DNA of 63,045 nucleotides, filler included, from Choristocarpus tenellus KU-1152 (lineage: Eukaryota > Protista > Phaeophyceae): assembly GCA_964200185.2 (NCBI GenBank). It is 9 parts of 9 records of this genome, joined end to end, with 100 filler letters (N's around TTAATTAATTAA, not from the genome) between each part and the next. Parts side by side here need not be neighbours in the genome. Positions count along the whole stretch, not along the records: positions 49,626 to 53,877 come from CAXNAD020015474.1; positions 53,978 to 63,045 come from CAXNAD020004026.1; 7 more parts are not named here. One strand, given 5' to 3'. Both the position numbers and the translations under genes were made by a program. Positions 51,674-63,045 of this stretch are shown piece after piece. How positions within the stretch are numbered: the first letter of the stretch is position 1; the number at the start of each line of letters is the position of its first letter. Under the pieces are notes generated by a model. It did no database searches, had not been told where the DNA came from, and was given only the letters and a program-made list of their open reading frames with translations.

Positions 51674-53092
51674 ATGAAGCGGTTGAGAAAGCCCATTGTG
51701 GTGATGGCGTTTACCACAGCCTCTTGCTCCAATTCGGTGAAGTTTGTTGCCAAGTCAATAATGTCTTCTCGGGAAACTGTGACAGGGATCATACCCAGTT
51801 TGGTAGCAATCTTCATACCAGCCAACTCTCGCGGAGAAAAGTCCTCTGGGGTAGGGTTCATGGCGTTGATGTTCTTGTCGATAGCTATCCTACTTCCATG
51901 GAGGAGTGAACCCATGTGACCTGCGTGTCCAGAACAGTAGCTGCAGCCAAAAGCCCGCGAAGTTGTGTACGCTACAAGGCTAGTAAATGGGAAGTTCAGG
52001 AGTATTGGACACACCGACCGCGTAGGGAGTGGTGAGGGAAATGATTTCGTGTGCAGGGCAGAGATTGATGGAGTACTCTTGTACAGGAAGTGGGTGCCGA
52101 TGTGGGAACCACGAGGAATTGTGCACGGGGTGAAATAGATCCACTCACTCCTATACAAAGAGGGCAATGAAGCTCCGTTCTTAAATTATAATATGTAGAA
52201 ATGTAGATACTAGGACTCTAACTATTTTTGCCCGTCCATGAACTGGTAGAAGCGTCGACAATATAATATCGCGATCATGGTCCCCAGATTCGAACAAAGT
52301 CGTCACAAACAGACATAAGATACACAGCTGACCTCTCATCTGTGACAAGCCCTACACTACCCCGCCCTTCTGGAGAACAGCTACATCAACCAACTCTAAG
52401 AGAAAATATGATATCTTTGAAATTTCGAGTACAACTAGAAACTGGATTTTGTTTGAATCCCACAACTAACAAATATTGCTCAACTCTTGCTAAAGACCAG
52501 GGCATTCTGAGCTCCTCACCTCCGTAGAACGGGGTCTATTGAACCCAAGTTGAGGTCACAGGATGGAATATTGAACAAGTTGGGTACGAGGACGTTATAT
52601 GTCTCTTTTGCAGGCGACCAAAGCTCGTAGTATTGGTAGACCCTGGGAGTAACCCCTGGAAATTCAAGATAGGAAGTGCGTAAATTGACATTTTCGGAGA
52701 ATATCTGGAGACATTGAGCCAGAATTAGATAAGAACTACAACAGTACTTTTACCCAATAAGAACTAAAACCGTAGTGGTACCCAGAAACAGCCATTTTGG
52801 AAAGCTTTGTTGCGAGGAAGGAGGCCGGTGGTCTCGTTGCGTGGCTATAGGTTTTCTTCAAAGCAAGTACGTAAAGCATATTTATTGACTATTGACAATC
52901 CCTCCAATCCAGAGTGCAATGGATAAAGAATGACAGGGAAAGCATGCCACAGACCAAAAAGAGCATACCGAGAATTCTTGTGACCAATCCAACCGGACCG
53001 CCATCAGTCTTGCGAATGTTGTCCATGGCGATGCGGTTCGGTCGTAGGGCATATTCAAGCGTATTCTTCTCGAGTTCCTGGTCGCCCTCCAT
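51674..53092 (-). CDS. AhpD-like / carboxymuconolactone-decarboxylase-fold CxxC protein; exons 53092-52969, 52655-52520, 51979-51674 (3' end not located)
   Basis: Phase-consistent splicing (124, 136 and 306 nt) gives ...LVTRILGVTPRVYQYYELWSPAKETYNVLVPNLFNIP...RSLVAYTTSRAFGCSYCSGH...EAVVNAITTMGFLNRFM. The S..xCxYCxxH and GFLNR motifs are AhpD-like. Confidence 0.75.
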
Positions 53093-55154
53093 CACGCAGA
53101 AAGCAACGAGATGAGTGTGCACCACTACGTTGCCTTATTTGTGGAAAGAGTCCTCCCTCCTCAATCACAACCAAGGTAAGGTTGAGGATTTGGTGTGCTT
53201 AATGCTACAAAACTTTCACCATAGTTTCTGTTTGGTTCTGAATATTTTTTTAAGTGTTATTTGCGGTACGAAAAATACAACTACCACTAAATATACTACT
53301 ATTTTTTTAATATAAAGTGAAATAACGATGTATACTCGATGGTAGTATATATTATATTGTTATGTCCTCTTCTCACATTTTCCACATGTCTCAAAGCAAA
53401 TTCATTCGTTCATATTTGATGCAACTGATTTACTATCAGTGACTCATAGTTTAACTTCTTTCACATCTACCAGACTTGTTACATTTTCAGGGGTTTTCTG
53501 ATATTGAATTAGCTGTCAGGGACAATCACCTTTTTTGGGATCTTTAACATTTCATGAGGATAATACACGCGGTCATATCCATTTACGCGCGTCATCTTTT
53601 GAAACTGAGGTCAGGGAAAGTGATGTCTTGTGGGTCAGACGCACGCGGTAACCCTGAGATGAACCGTGGATCCAAACCAGCAAGCACGAGATTGTGATTT
53701 CTGTTCTGGCTGGTCACAACCAATCACATTGAAGATTCATGGCACTCTGAGGTTGTCAACATACATCCAGCACACCTCAGTCTCATCTTTCACTTCCTTT
53801 CTGAACCTCGTCTCTGGTACTTCTCATCACCCCCCATTACACAGAACCAGACCCCATTACACAGCTATTATTCATCGNNNNNNNNNNNNNNNNNNNNNNN
53901 NNNNNNNNNNNNNNNNNNNNNTTAATTAATTAANNNNNNNNNNNNNNNNNNNNNNNNNNNNNNNNNNNNNNNNNNNNGGGTTGCAGGGACGGAGGATATA
54001 TCTGGAAGGCATCCATGGAGTGGTGCATCTGGGGGTGACGTATTTGCCACGCCGAAAAAGGGACCAATTAAATCTGTTTTCGATGGGTCGGTGGGCCAGC
54101 GGAACTTGGGGGCCCTATTTTATTCGCCCCTCCCTGAGGGCAGGTCTCCTGGTAAAATGCCTGACCCCTCCGTCAAGATGCCTGACACGAAGGGGAAAGG
54201 ACACCTTGCCCAAGAGGAGATTAAGAAGGAAACTAAAGGTATCACCCGAGTGTCCTGCCCCGGTAGAGCTGACGAAGTTGTAGTTACCAAGCAGGTTGGC
54301 CATATTGTTGTTGAACTTTGTTCCTTTGTGTCTGGTGTACCTCACCTCCAAAAGTTAAAACCTTCTCTTTATTTTGTCTGTACCAAACCTGATGAGCTCT
54401 AAATTACAGCAATACAGTTGTAGTTATCGAGCAGGTTGGCAGTATTGTTGTTAAACTTCTACCTTTTTCGTCTATGACAATCTGATGGGCTCTCGATTTC
54501 AGCAGCGCGATGAGTTGATGTCCATGACGCGGCATTGGGTCAAACCCTTGACTAGTTGCAAGAGCACCATCCCAAACATGCATTTGTAACGATGCGACCA
54601 TCCCCAGACTTGAATTGATCGCTGAGATTCTCTCTCTTTGTCAAGAAGGGTTTAAAATGCCACAAGCCCAATGAATGCGCCATGTTGTTCGTAAGTAGTT
54701 GATCCTAGCTCCCGCAGCACAGTCCGCATAAATACTTCCTTTGTTGACTAGTGTGGCTAGCTGTGTTGGCATCACATGTACGCAATTGCAACCCTCCCAT
54801 GGAAAATAATACTTCAAGCTTGTTCGCACCAGGGAAACTACGAATTGCTTCTTCCTTAGTATCAGAAATAAACTCGAATTCTACCTCCACATCGCAAGGT
54901 GTCATTTTGAGTCCAGCTGGTGGGTGCAATTTACAAATATCTAATACACCTTCTATGCATGCCTGCCCCATCCATTTCCCTCCCTTCTTTCGGCAGTCTC
55001 TGAACCCGGCGCACTTTATAAAGCACCCCCTCCTCTTGCTTAACCTCCTTCTCCATTCAAAGGCATTGGTTCCAAATCTGCAGAATCTTGCATTGAGGAA
55101 CCTGCTTGTACAGGTTTAGCCCCAAAAGAGGAGGTGCTTGGGGGGCTTCAGACA

Positions 55155-55358
55155 GAGACAGCAGAAGGATCAAAATTTCAAGTGGAGTTGCTTGACAAAG
55201 CAGAGGAAGAGACAGCAGAGGGACCTGAGTTTCAAGTGAAGGTGCCTGACAAAGCAGAGGAAGAGATAACAGAGGGGTCTGAAGTTCAATTGGAGGTGCC
55301 TGACAAAGCAGAGGCAGAGATAGCAGAGGGGCCTGAGGTTCAAGTGGAGGTGTCTGAC
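55155..55358 (+). repeat. 54-bp coding-like tandem repeat (ETAEGPEFQVEVPDKAEE) x3.7 in a decayed ORF
   Basis: Units at 55155, 55209, 55263 and 55317. Confidence 0.8.
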
Positions 55359-57169
55359 GCTGCACTTAAATCCCTGAAGCGTGAGGAGCTTTGCACCCTT
55401 GAGGTGCTTGTGAAGCACTCTCGTGACCGAATAGGCAAGTGAAAGAGTCTTGGTATGTTTGTCGTGCGTGCTGTGTCCATCAGTCTCATCTTATAGTTTT
55501 GAGTAACAGGTAAATCTGAAACATGCAGTTGGGGTTTCCTCATCAGAAGAAGGGATGGTATTTCTCTATCAATGATGACCAAGACATTTGACATCCCGAG
55601 GTACACCTGAACCCTGTAAACCATATGCAACGTTCTGTTGGCAACAACAATCTTCCCTACTGTTCTTGACTCAAAACTGTCACAAGAATTTGTTCCATAC
55701 TTGGGGTAGCACCTTCACTTTTCATCCTGGCTTGCTTAGTGAGCGGGGAAGTGAATGCTCTTCAGAAATATTTTGTAACCTTGTTCCCAGGGTGCAGTCA
55801 TGTGTCGAAATCTTGAAAAATTGGGGTATCATTGGCAAGTATGTTTCATGAACTTACAGGACGGGTACAAAGGTAACAGGACTGGAAGGCTAATACTTGT
55901 TTGCTCAATGCAACTCCCTGTCTTCTGCCACCATTGGTTTCCTCCACCCCCTGGTCTTCATGGTTTAATGATAGTAGCTGCTGTCGTTTGAATGTGATAC
56001 TGTTCTGTATTCGTATACATTGTAAACAGCCATTGAATTCAATTGTGCGGAAGAGAAAAAAAGCCTAAGTTGTATCATTCTGCATACACAAAGGGTTGAA
56101 ATGTCTTTTCAAGGGGAAATATTCGAAACAGATTTCGTGGGTTCAAGTCATTGTTGGTAGAAAATGTCGAGTCACACATGTATCGACAGCCTTACATTCA
56201 TTGCAAGGTGTTTTGAAGGATAACGCAGCATTTGATAACGCAATTTGTTTGGAGGAACATGATGCTATGTTGGAACTTTAGTAATCCTCCTGAGCTTCAG
56301 AGGATTAGTCAGGCTGACTACTTTCTTGGTTGCTCAGGGGATTGCTAGAGTTGCTGCACATGATGGCAACTATTGTTGCAAGAAAGCTCTCATGCATTCT
56401 CCTTGTATACCCTGTAGTTAACTTGTCTTCCCTCGAAACTCTCTCATTATCACACCCGCTCCATCTTCTCCGAATTGTTGCTGCAGGAGTGACAGGGTGT
56501 GCCTCATGGAGGGTATCAGAGCTAAAGAGAAGACTGGTGTTCCTCAAGCACTTCTCTGATGCTGGAGCCATAGATGTAGTGCCAAGATATGGGGAGGATT
56601 CCTTGGCAGACGGGCAAATATTGAAGGATCTTGATATTGATGTAACCTATGAAGCCAGGCGAATTGCTGGGTGAAGGTTATGCTAGTACTGCCACATCAC
56701 TGTGGTACTCGATTGGGTTTTGAACAAGCATTGGTTTATGTACCATCAAGGGGGTGAGAGGCAATGGAATCATTCAGGACATTGCTAGGTTTGGTCATTA
56801 TCAAGGGTAGAGTGTGCGGTGAGGCAGTCTTAAGCTGGTGACCATCCTGATTTTTGTTCTTTCATGTTAGGCCTTCCTTCAACCAGTAATAGGAATGTAC
56901 AGAAGAAAGGCAACTTGTTACTGGGTCATTTGATGGTAGGGGTAAATGGGCTTTCGTTTTTTTTGCCCAAGCACATTGCCAAGGACTCGACGCCTATGAA
57001 TGCTATAGAGGCCTCTTCTTGTACATGTCACAGTGCTGAAGATTTGCTTTGTATATTTTCGCGTTTCACATTACTTTCTTGCGTCTTGTTTAAAATTCCA
57101 GCATTTCTTGACAGCCTTTTCCCATGATCTTCGCCTTCCTCAAAAACCACCTCAAAGGTACTTTTGTTA

Positions 57170-57663
57170 TCACTTCTTGCACTTTCGATACAAACTCTGT
57201 TGCTGGTTCTGGTAGGAATGCCTGCCCCCATGTCTACGCCAACTTTCCTGAAAAGCCTTAAGCGCTGCCGCATCGTGGGGAAAGCTCTGAAGGTATAGGG
57301 CCTCAAGTGTAGTGTTTTGTGCGACTGCTTCGACTAAGCTTTGGAGGCTATCGGCGCCCAGGCTATTGAAGCGCAGACCCAAGGCCATGACAGCAGTTCC
57401 GGGGGACTTGATCTCCTGGGCCACCATCTCTGCGGCCTTTTGGTCTCGAATGCATCCGTCAAGATTTATGACCGTCGCCTTTTCGGTGTGGGGATGAGGG
57501 CATTATGTAGAGAATGAGATGAGATGCGTTGATGCGTTCAACCTTCGAATGATCTGATCAGTCGGAACGAGTGTAGTGGCTACTCGCTATTGAGCGGATG
57601 CCAAGGCCTCACCCCTGCAGCCATAGCTCCGAGTCGATCTGCTATGGGGGATGATGTTCTCAT
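57170..57663 (-). CDS. Small RNI-like leucine-rich-repeat protein; putative exons 57663-57613, 57478-57170
   Basis: VINLDGC...VMALGLRFNSLGADSLQSLVEAVAQNTTLEALYL is an NLRC3/RNI-type LRR. The phase-0 GGG|GTGAGG donor and AAAG| acceptor are tentative. Confidence 0.55.
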
Positions 57664-57849
57664 ATCCCGCTCTTTACGCAATGTACGCAGGTGTTTGTTT
57701 GGGTTGTCTCCACTTCTGTACTAGGCAATAGTGAAGTTATGGTGTGGGTGTTTGTTCATGGCGTTTTTGTTTCCCTCCAACATTGATGAAAAGGAACAAG
57801 TGTGACATGGAAACATGAAATGTGAGGAACAAGGTAGTTCGTAAGGTGC

Positions 57850-60202
57850 ATGGACCTTGGCAAAATAGGAGTCGTGGAGGTATCGTCATATGAAGTGCTG
57901 ACGAGGGCTTTAAAGATGACCGTTAAATCTCTCACATATATGACCGCAGTGTCCAAGCTGTGGGTGGCGACGATGAAGCAGGTCCGTAGTGCCTAAACTT
58001 GGGACGTTGTAGACAGCTCTCCCTACATTCTCTCTCCTCTTTGCTGCTTGATCAATTGACGCTCTATTTGAGGAACCTCATCTTTTCATCTACAGATCGG
58101 GGCCATCGATACATCTACAACGCATCCTGAACTGGCATTGCAAGAAATTCCAACATGTTTGTTGGATACTCCAGAGATAGAGACTGACCTCACCAAGGCA
58201 GACTTCTGCCGACACTGCATATCCATACTAGCAAACGTCAGGATATCGTTGTGGGGTGGGACTTCAGGAGGGATGAACGAGATGGACTGTGACATGGACT
58301 GTTTAAATGCCCTTTATGATCTCTTCTCCAGTATCGAAGCGATCGATGTTCTCGATACGATTTTCAGACGAAAACTGGTGTTGGGCTTTCAGCTAGTAAA
58401 CCTCCAGAAGGGGGAGATGGTGTTCAGTCAGGGCGAGGACGAGGGAGCGGTCAGTGTCGTCAGTATCCTTTACCAAGTAGCATCAACCTGGTTTGTAATT
58501 CCTCATGTTGCAGGCTTCGCACTGGTCAAACGCGTTGCTCTTGTGGTCGCAAAAATATTTCCGTCTCAACTCCAATGACGACTGTTTTCAGGGCTACAGA
58601 AAGTGAAGTATTTGCAGCCTGTGCGTACAATCGTAATTCGGATCAATATTTCAACAAGTGTCACCTCCTGTCCGTACCTTTTCATCACTTGTTTGCATGC
58701 CACCCCCAAAATCACGAGTAACTGGCTACGTCAACTATGCCAAACCAGGTTTGGATTATACTCGAGGGAAAAGTGGAGGTGACTACATCACAGTGCGGGA
58801 CCTCACTCAAGGCGTGTACCCTTCCAGAGGGCCAGGTTTGTGTAGCGATAAAATGGTAACATTTTGGAGGTTACATATCATGTGGCTCAGTATACACTAC
58901 ATGAATAGAGTACCTACGCTCAAGAGTTTGTTGCACGCCCCAATCACTAGTACATAGGAACACCGTCACCATCGTACTCCTACTCCACTATTTCCACTTG
59001 GCAAGCATCTTACCCTTGCTTACTGTTGTATTTTGTATCAGGATGCTGCCTATCTGATGTCTCTGGAAACGATGATACCAGACCAATAATATATGATTGA
59101 CCACAAAAAAGAATGAGGTGACCAAAGGTAAATGACTGGAGCATGTGTCCACTAATAGTACCTGTGGACTGGTTAGGTGATGGGATCTCTGTTGGTCGAG
59201 ACAAGAGCTGCAACTGCTACATGCTTGGACAATTGCACATTTCTCTACCTCAACAGTGAGAGGTACAACGAGACAGTACAAGATCCAGAAAGGCTCTCAT
59301 ACTTCGCCACCAAGGTGATACGATATCGAAGCAGTCATACGTAATATTAGAGCGGGTATGATGTGCCACCAGCCTACTCGAAGTCAGTCTAATGGTCCCT
59401 GGGGCATTATGAAGTACATGAACCTCTTCTTGCTGTAAAGGGCACATAATAAACGTTGGAAGGTCATACTTTGCGTCTAGCAGTATGACTAATGTGGGAT
59501 TCACCTCTCCCGCACTGCGAAACTTTCAACCTAATGACCCAATTATTCAAGGTGTTTTTCAGGTCTGTTTCACTTTTCTGCAATCTTTCCGACATGGAAG
59601 TGGAGAGATTGATGGTCTTATTTCGCCACATCACCCTTGGTGTGAATGAGATCCTGTGTAAGGAGGGTGACAAACTGGACTACTTGTACCTTGTCAAGCG
59701 CGGGCATTGCCGTGTCCTCAAGGCTTTCATACCAGGAGGGACAGTCTCTGAGGAAACTGATGTGGCACTTTCGCACTTTGAAGTTGTAGAGCTTGAGCCC
59801 AAGGATTTCATTGGTGAGGGAGGGCTCATACCGGATGAGGGCAGGCATGCTCGTCACAGTAACTTCAGCACAGGCGCTTCACAGAAAGGAACTTACCCTG
59901 TCTCAGCAGTGGCCGTACAGGGAGCAGAGGTCTATGCTGCAAAGATAGTTGATCTCAAACTCTTGCGGAGTACTGCCTTCCAGCAAACATGGGATGTTCT
60001 CCAGCACTACTGTGAGGCAAGAGCACGAGCCTGGCATCCGGAGCGCCTGGGTGCACAGCTACACAAACAAGTATTGTGGGATGCCTACAAGCGCGATGTT
60101 GTGCTAGAAAATGTAGATAGAGACTCACTTGCGCGAAAGATAGCTGTAGGTGAAGGAGGGTACTCCAGTCAGGAAGAAGCTGTTCACAATATATCAAGTT
60201 AG
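57850..60202 (+). CDS. Protein with two cyclic-nucleotide-binding domains; exons 57850-57981, 58096-58449, 58749-58835, 59177-59314, 59552-60202
   Basis: All introns are GT-AG and phase 0. Domain 1: LQKGEMVFSQGEDEGA-VWIILEGKVEV...RAATATCLDNCTFLYL. Domain 2: EILCKEGDKLDYLYLVKRGHCRV...DFIGEGGL. The first exon is less certain. Confidence 0.8.
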
Positions 60203-61299
60203 GTGTTGCTATCATCGACAAAGAGTGAGAGAAGGGGAGGGGGAGGGATACATGGATCTCACAGTTCCAGATACCTTATATGGGTAGGTACCAAGTTTGA
60301 GAAGGTGACTGTCAAATGAGGTAGGCACACGAAGGTGATCCGGCACATGGAAGGTCGCCAAGTTTGAGCATTTTCGTCTCCTGGTATTGCTGACTTTTTA
60401 GTATATAGCAGAGAGCGCTCAGAAATGAACATCAATCACCAAAACTTCAAAATTCCAGTACTACATATTCCTGTACAGCAGCAATAAGGGCACAAAAATA
60501 TATACATCCTGAAAATGTGCTAAGAGAACCAATACTTGCATCATGAGGCATGCACAGCAGGTAGGCAAGTCAGGGAAACATATGGGAACATCGCAATGTC
60601 CCAAGGAAAATTTGTATCAACGTGGCAGGTTGTCCTTGGTGCATTACACTCCTGCCCTACAGAAGCTGGAAAATGGTTGTGGAAGGGGGTGAGGATTTCT
60701 GCTACCTCCTCTGCCTTAATCTTCAAGGGCACTACAAAGTAGTTCATGCTTTGCTGGTGCTGATGTTGTGAACATACTCAAGATACTGTGGCATTGTTTA
60801 GGAAGCGCTCAATACTAATCAGGATCAAGTATTATATCTCATTGTGTATTACTCAAGAAGACCATGTCCATCTGAAGCATCCAGAAATTGGAGCTCAGTA
60901 TTGACCTTAGAGCTCATTTACTCCCTTCTAGGAATGTTCACTACCTGTACAGTCACTACCAAATAAACTAGCCTAGATGCATTCGCATCTCACAGAAAAT
61001 AGAGCAACACTTCAGAAAACTAACCCTCTCACATATTTCAGAAGAAATACTAAATATCGACCTCATCCATGTGTGAAGGCTCACATACCTTGAAATGGTC
61101 TCTCTACTCCCCATGTTCACGAGCTAAACTATGCAAAAGATGGCACATACATAAAATATCACAGCATCACATCATTGGGGGTACTTACCACATACACCAC
61201 ATAGAAGCTTCATCTACGTTACAGTAAGTTTTTATTCTCTATGGGGATTCGACAAGTTGGACCTATGGTTTTAGTTGAGGAATCTAAGACACACAAGCA

Positions 61300-62230
61300 T
61301 TAGCTCTGTCCAGCTGAACCCTTTACCCTCTTTGTGGACCTTCCTCCATTAACACCTTCTCCACCCTTACCCCGCACACTGCTCTTACCTCGCCCCCTAC
61401 CTCTACCTACACCCCTACCCCTACCTCTAGTCCCACCCCTACGAGCTACCCCTGCCCCTGGCTTAGGTCTTGCCTCTGCTTCACCCTGCTCTACTGCAGC
61501 TCGTTTCTTGCCTCGCCAAGAACTGTTAGAATCCGTGATGTCCTCCACGGCCCTGAAGGTCCTTGTGTCCAATGCATCGACATCGACGTCAATGTCATCG
61601 CCAACCTTCTCCAACGCACAGGGGCAGCGATGGTATACCTCATGAACCACTGTTGACACGACTTCTGTCCGACTCCGACGTAGCTGTTCAGCAAGCATCT
61701 TCCGCTCCTCATCTGTTGGTGCAGGTTCATCATCTTCCCCTTTGCTCCCTTCCTTCAGGTGGCCTGTTAACTTCAAATATCGCTCCTCAAAACGCTCGCT
61801 GAGGGCTGCTGCTGCCTGGGTGTTGGCCGGAAGAGTGGGATGTAGGGTAACCGGACGGTAATCGCAAGGTACGGGCAATTGATACCTAGCACCATGCGCT
61901 ACTGAGGAGAGCAAACGAATTTAGAGGTGGGTGGAAGTAGGTAATTGCAATACAGGGCCAGGACTCTTCCAGTAACATTTTGGATGCACTTGCCTCATTC
62001 AGCTCGCCCCCTTCGACATTGTACGCCCTGCAATTTTGCCAAATAAGACGGACGTCTGAGGCACACTCCGCGGGTGTTCGATATCGCCCTTGGTCAAGCA
62101 AGCGCTTAACGGTTCCCAGGTCCATAGGTCGCTTAACGACAATCGGGTAGTCTGGAAGTCCCAGGCCACGCCAGTCGACGGGCTCTCTGAAGGCAGCTGA
62201 TTCACTTCGCGTCAACAACGAACCCACCAC
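61300..62230 (-). CDS. BET/GTE-type bromodomain + ET-domain protein; exons 62230-61994 and 61815-61300 (first exon not located)
   Basis: Bromodomain AFREPVDWRGLGLPDYPIVVKRPMDLGTVK...DVRLIWQNCRAYN...LSERFEERY, then ET domain PTDEERKMLAEQL...DIDVDVDALDTRTFR, then an RG-rich tail. Confidence 0.9.
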
Positions 62231-63045
62231 CTGGTATATATTGACAGCATGTTATTTTTCAAGTGGGAAGTTTAGGCTGGTGCAGATGATGGACTAAGAC
62301 TAAAACGTTCAGATTCAGGTTGATCAGAGGTGAAGACTGTTGGGCATTTATTTGTATGCCATGCAGGAACGCTAAACCACCTAGGTCAGCATCAAACAGA
62401 GCATAGCTGTTTGGTATACCCCTAGTTATCAATTATCAATCCAAAGCATCCATTAAGTCTATCCTTCTTTCAATTTCCCTGCTTATGCCCAGACCTGATT
62501 TACAACTCCTATCCCCATTACTATAACCGAGGTGGCATAATACATCAACTATGTCTTCCCAACACGCAAGGTCTTCTAAACTGGCAACCATTGAAGGACA
62601 AGGAAGAAAGCAGCTCTAGGAAGGCCACCCATGCCTTTTGCATATTAGCAAGTCCGTTGTTCATAGTCTTTGGGTTGTGTTGGATGCTTTCGACTCGTTG
62701 TTTTTCCTTGTTGTACCTTTGTACAATAATGACTTATCGGATTATTCGAGCATTCAAGTATTGTTTAATCGGATATCACCTTTTCCACTGAAAATATACA
62801 AGATATCCTTGACATTTTGGACTACTATTTGTTACTTTTACAACAACACTGGTCCGTTTCATATTGGTTTGACTTTTTCCTTGACATACCTAGAAAATCC
62901 CGTATCCCATTATAATATATAATAAGTATACTATATATAATAAACCTATCATGATGGTAACTTACATGAAAAACTTAATACGAGAATATTGGTAGACGGG
63001 AAGGGGTGGATATTTGAAACTATTCCCATACCACCCACGTCCCCC

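Noticed and set aside
16644-53977. Eight regularly recurring palindromic TTAATTAATTAA motifs
   Set aside because: Each is centred in exactly 44+44 Ns. These are artificial linkers, so gene neighbourhoods across them are meaningless.
61334-61645. Pro/Leu-rich plus-strand ORF
   Set aside because: Antisense shadow of the BET gene's RG-rich tail.

Overview
Eukaryotic nuclear DNA, most likely from a photosynthetic heterokont (ochrophyte, possibly a brown alga or relative). This is inferred from spliceosomal introns, a bipartite ASAFAP-type plastid presequence on CSP41b, and TTAGGG-type repeats. The window is not one locus: nine contigs are joined by artificial N44-TTAATTAATTAA-N44 linkers, so nothing can be inferred across linkers. 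Recognisable intron-containing genes are: a TPR protein (fragment), CSP41b (5' part), TRAPPC13 (3' part), a JmjC/cupin exon, an AhpD-like CxxC protein, a small RNI-like LRR gene head-to-head with a two-domain cNMP-binding gene, and a BET bromodomain+ET gene. There is also a tRNA-Thr(AGT). The rest is repeat-rich: three related MITE subfamilies (GRG/GGC-T-C/G-AAAGTA termini, 4-bp TSDs, Sola2-like), a foldback element beside the tRNA, a TIR element with satellite-built ends, and decayed ORFs. The best candidates for something new are (i) a decayed superfamily-1 helicase of +ssRNA-virus type at 33.9-34.2 kb, a possible endogenous RNA-virus element, and (ii) a multicopy relic that reads as the C-terminal His-box region of a USP-like protease. 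All assignments come from reading motifs by eye; no database searches were run.
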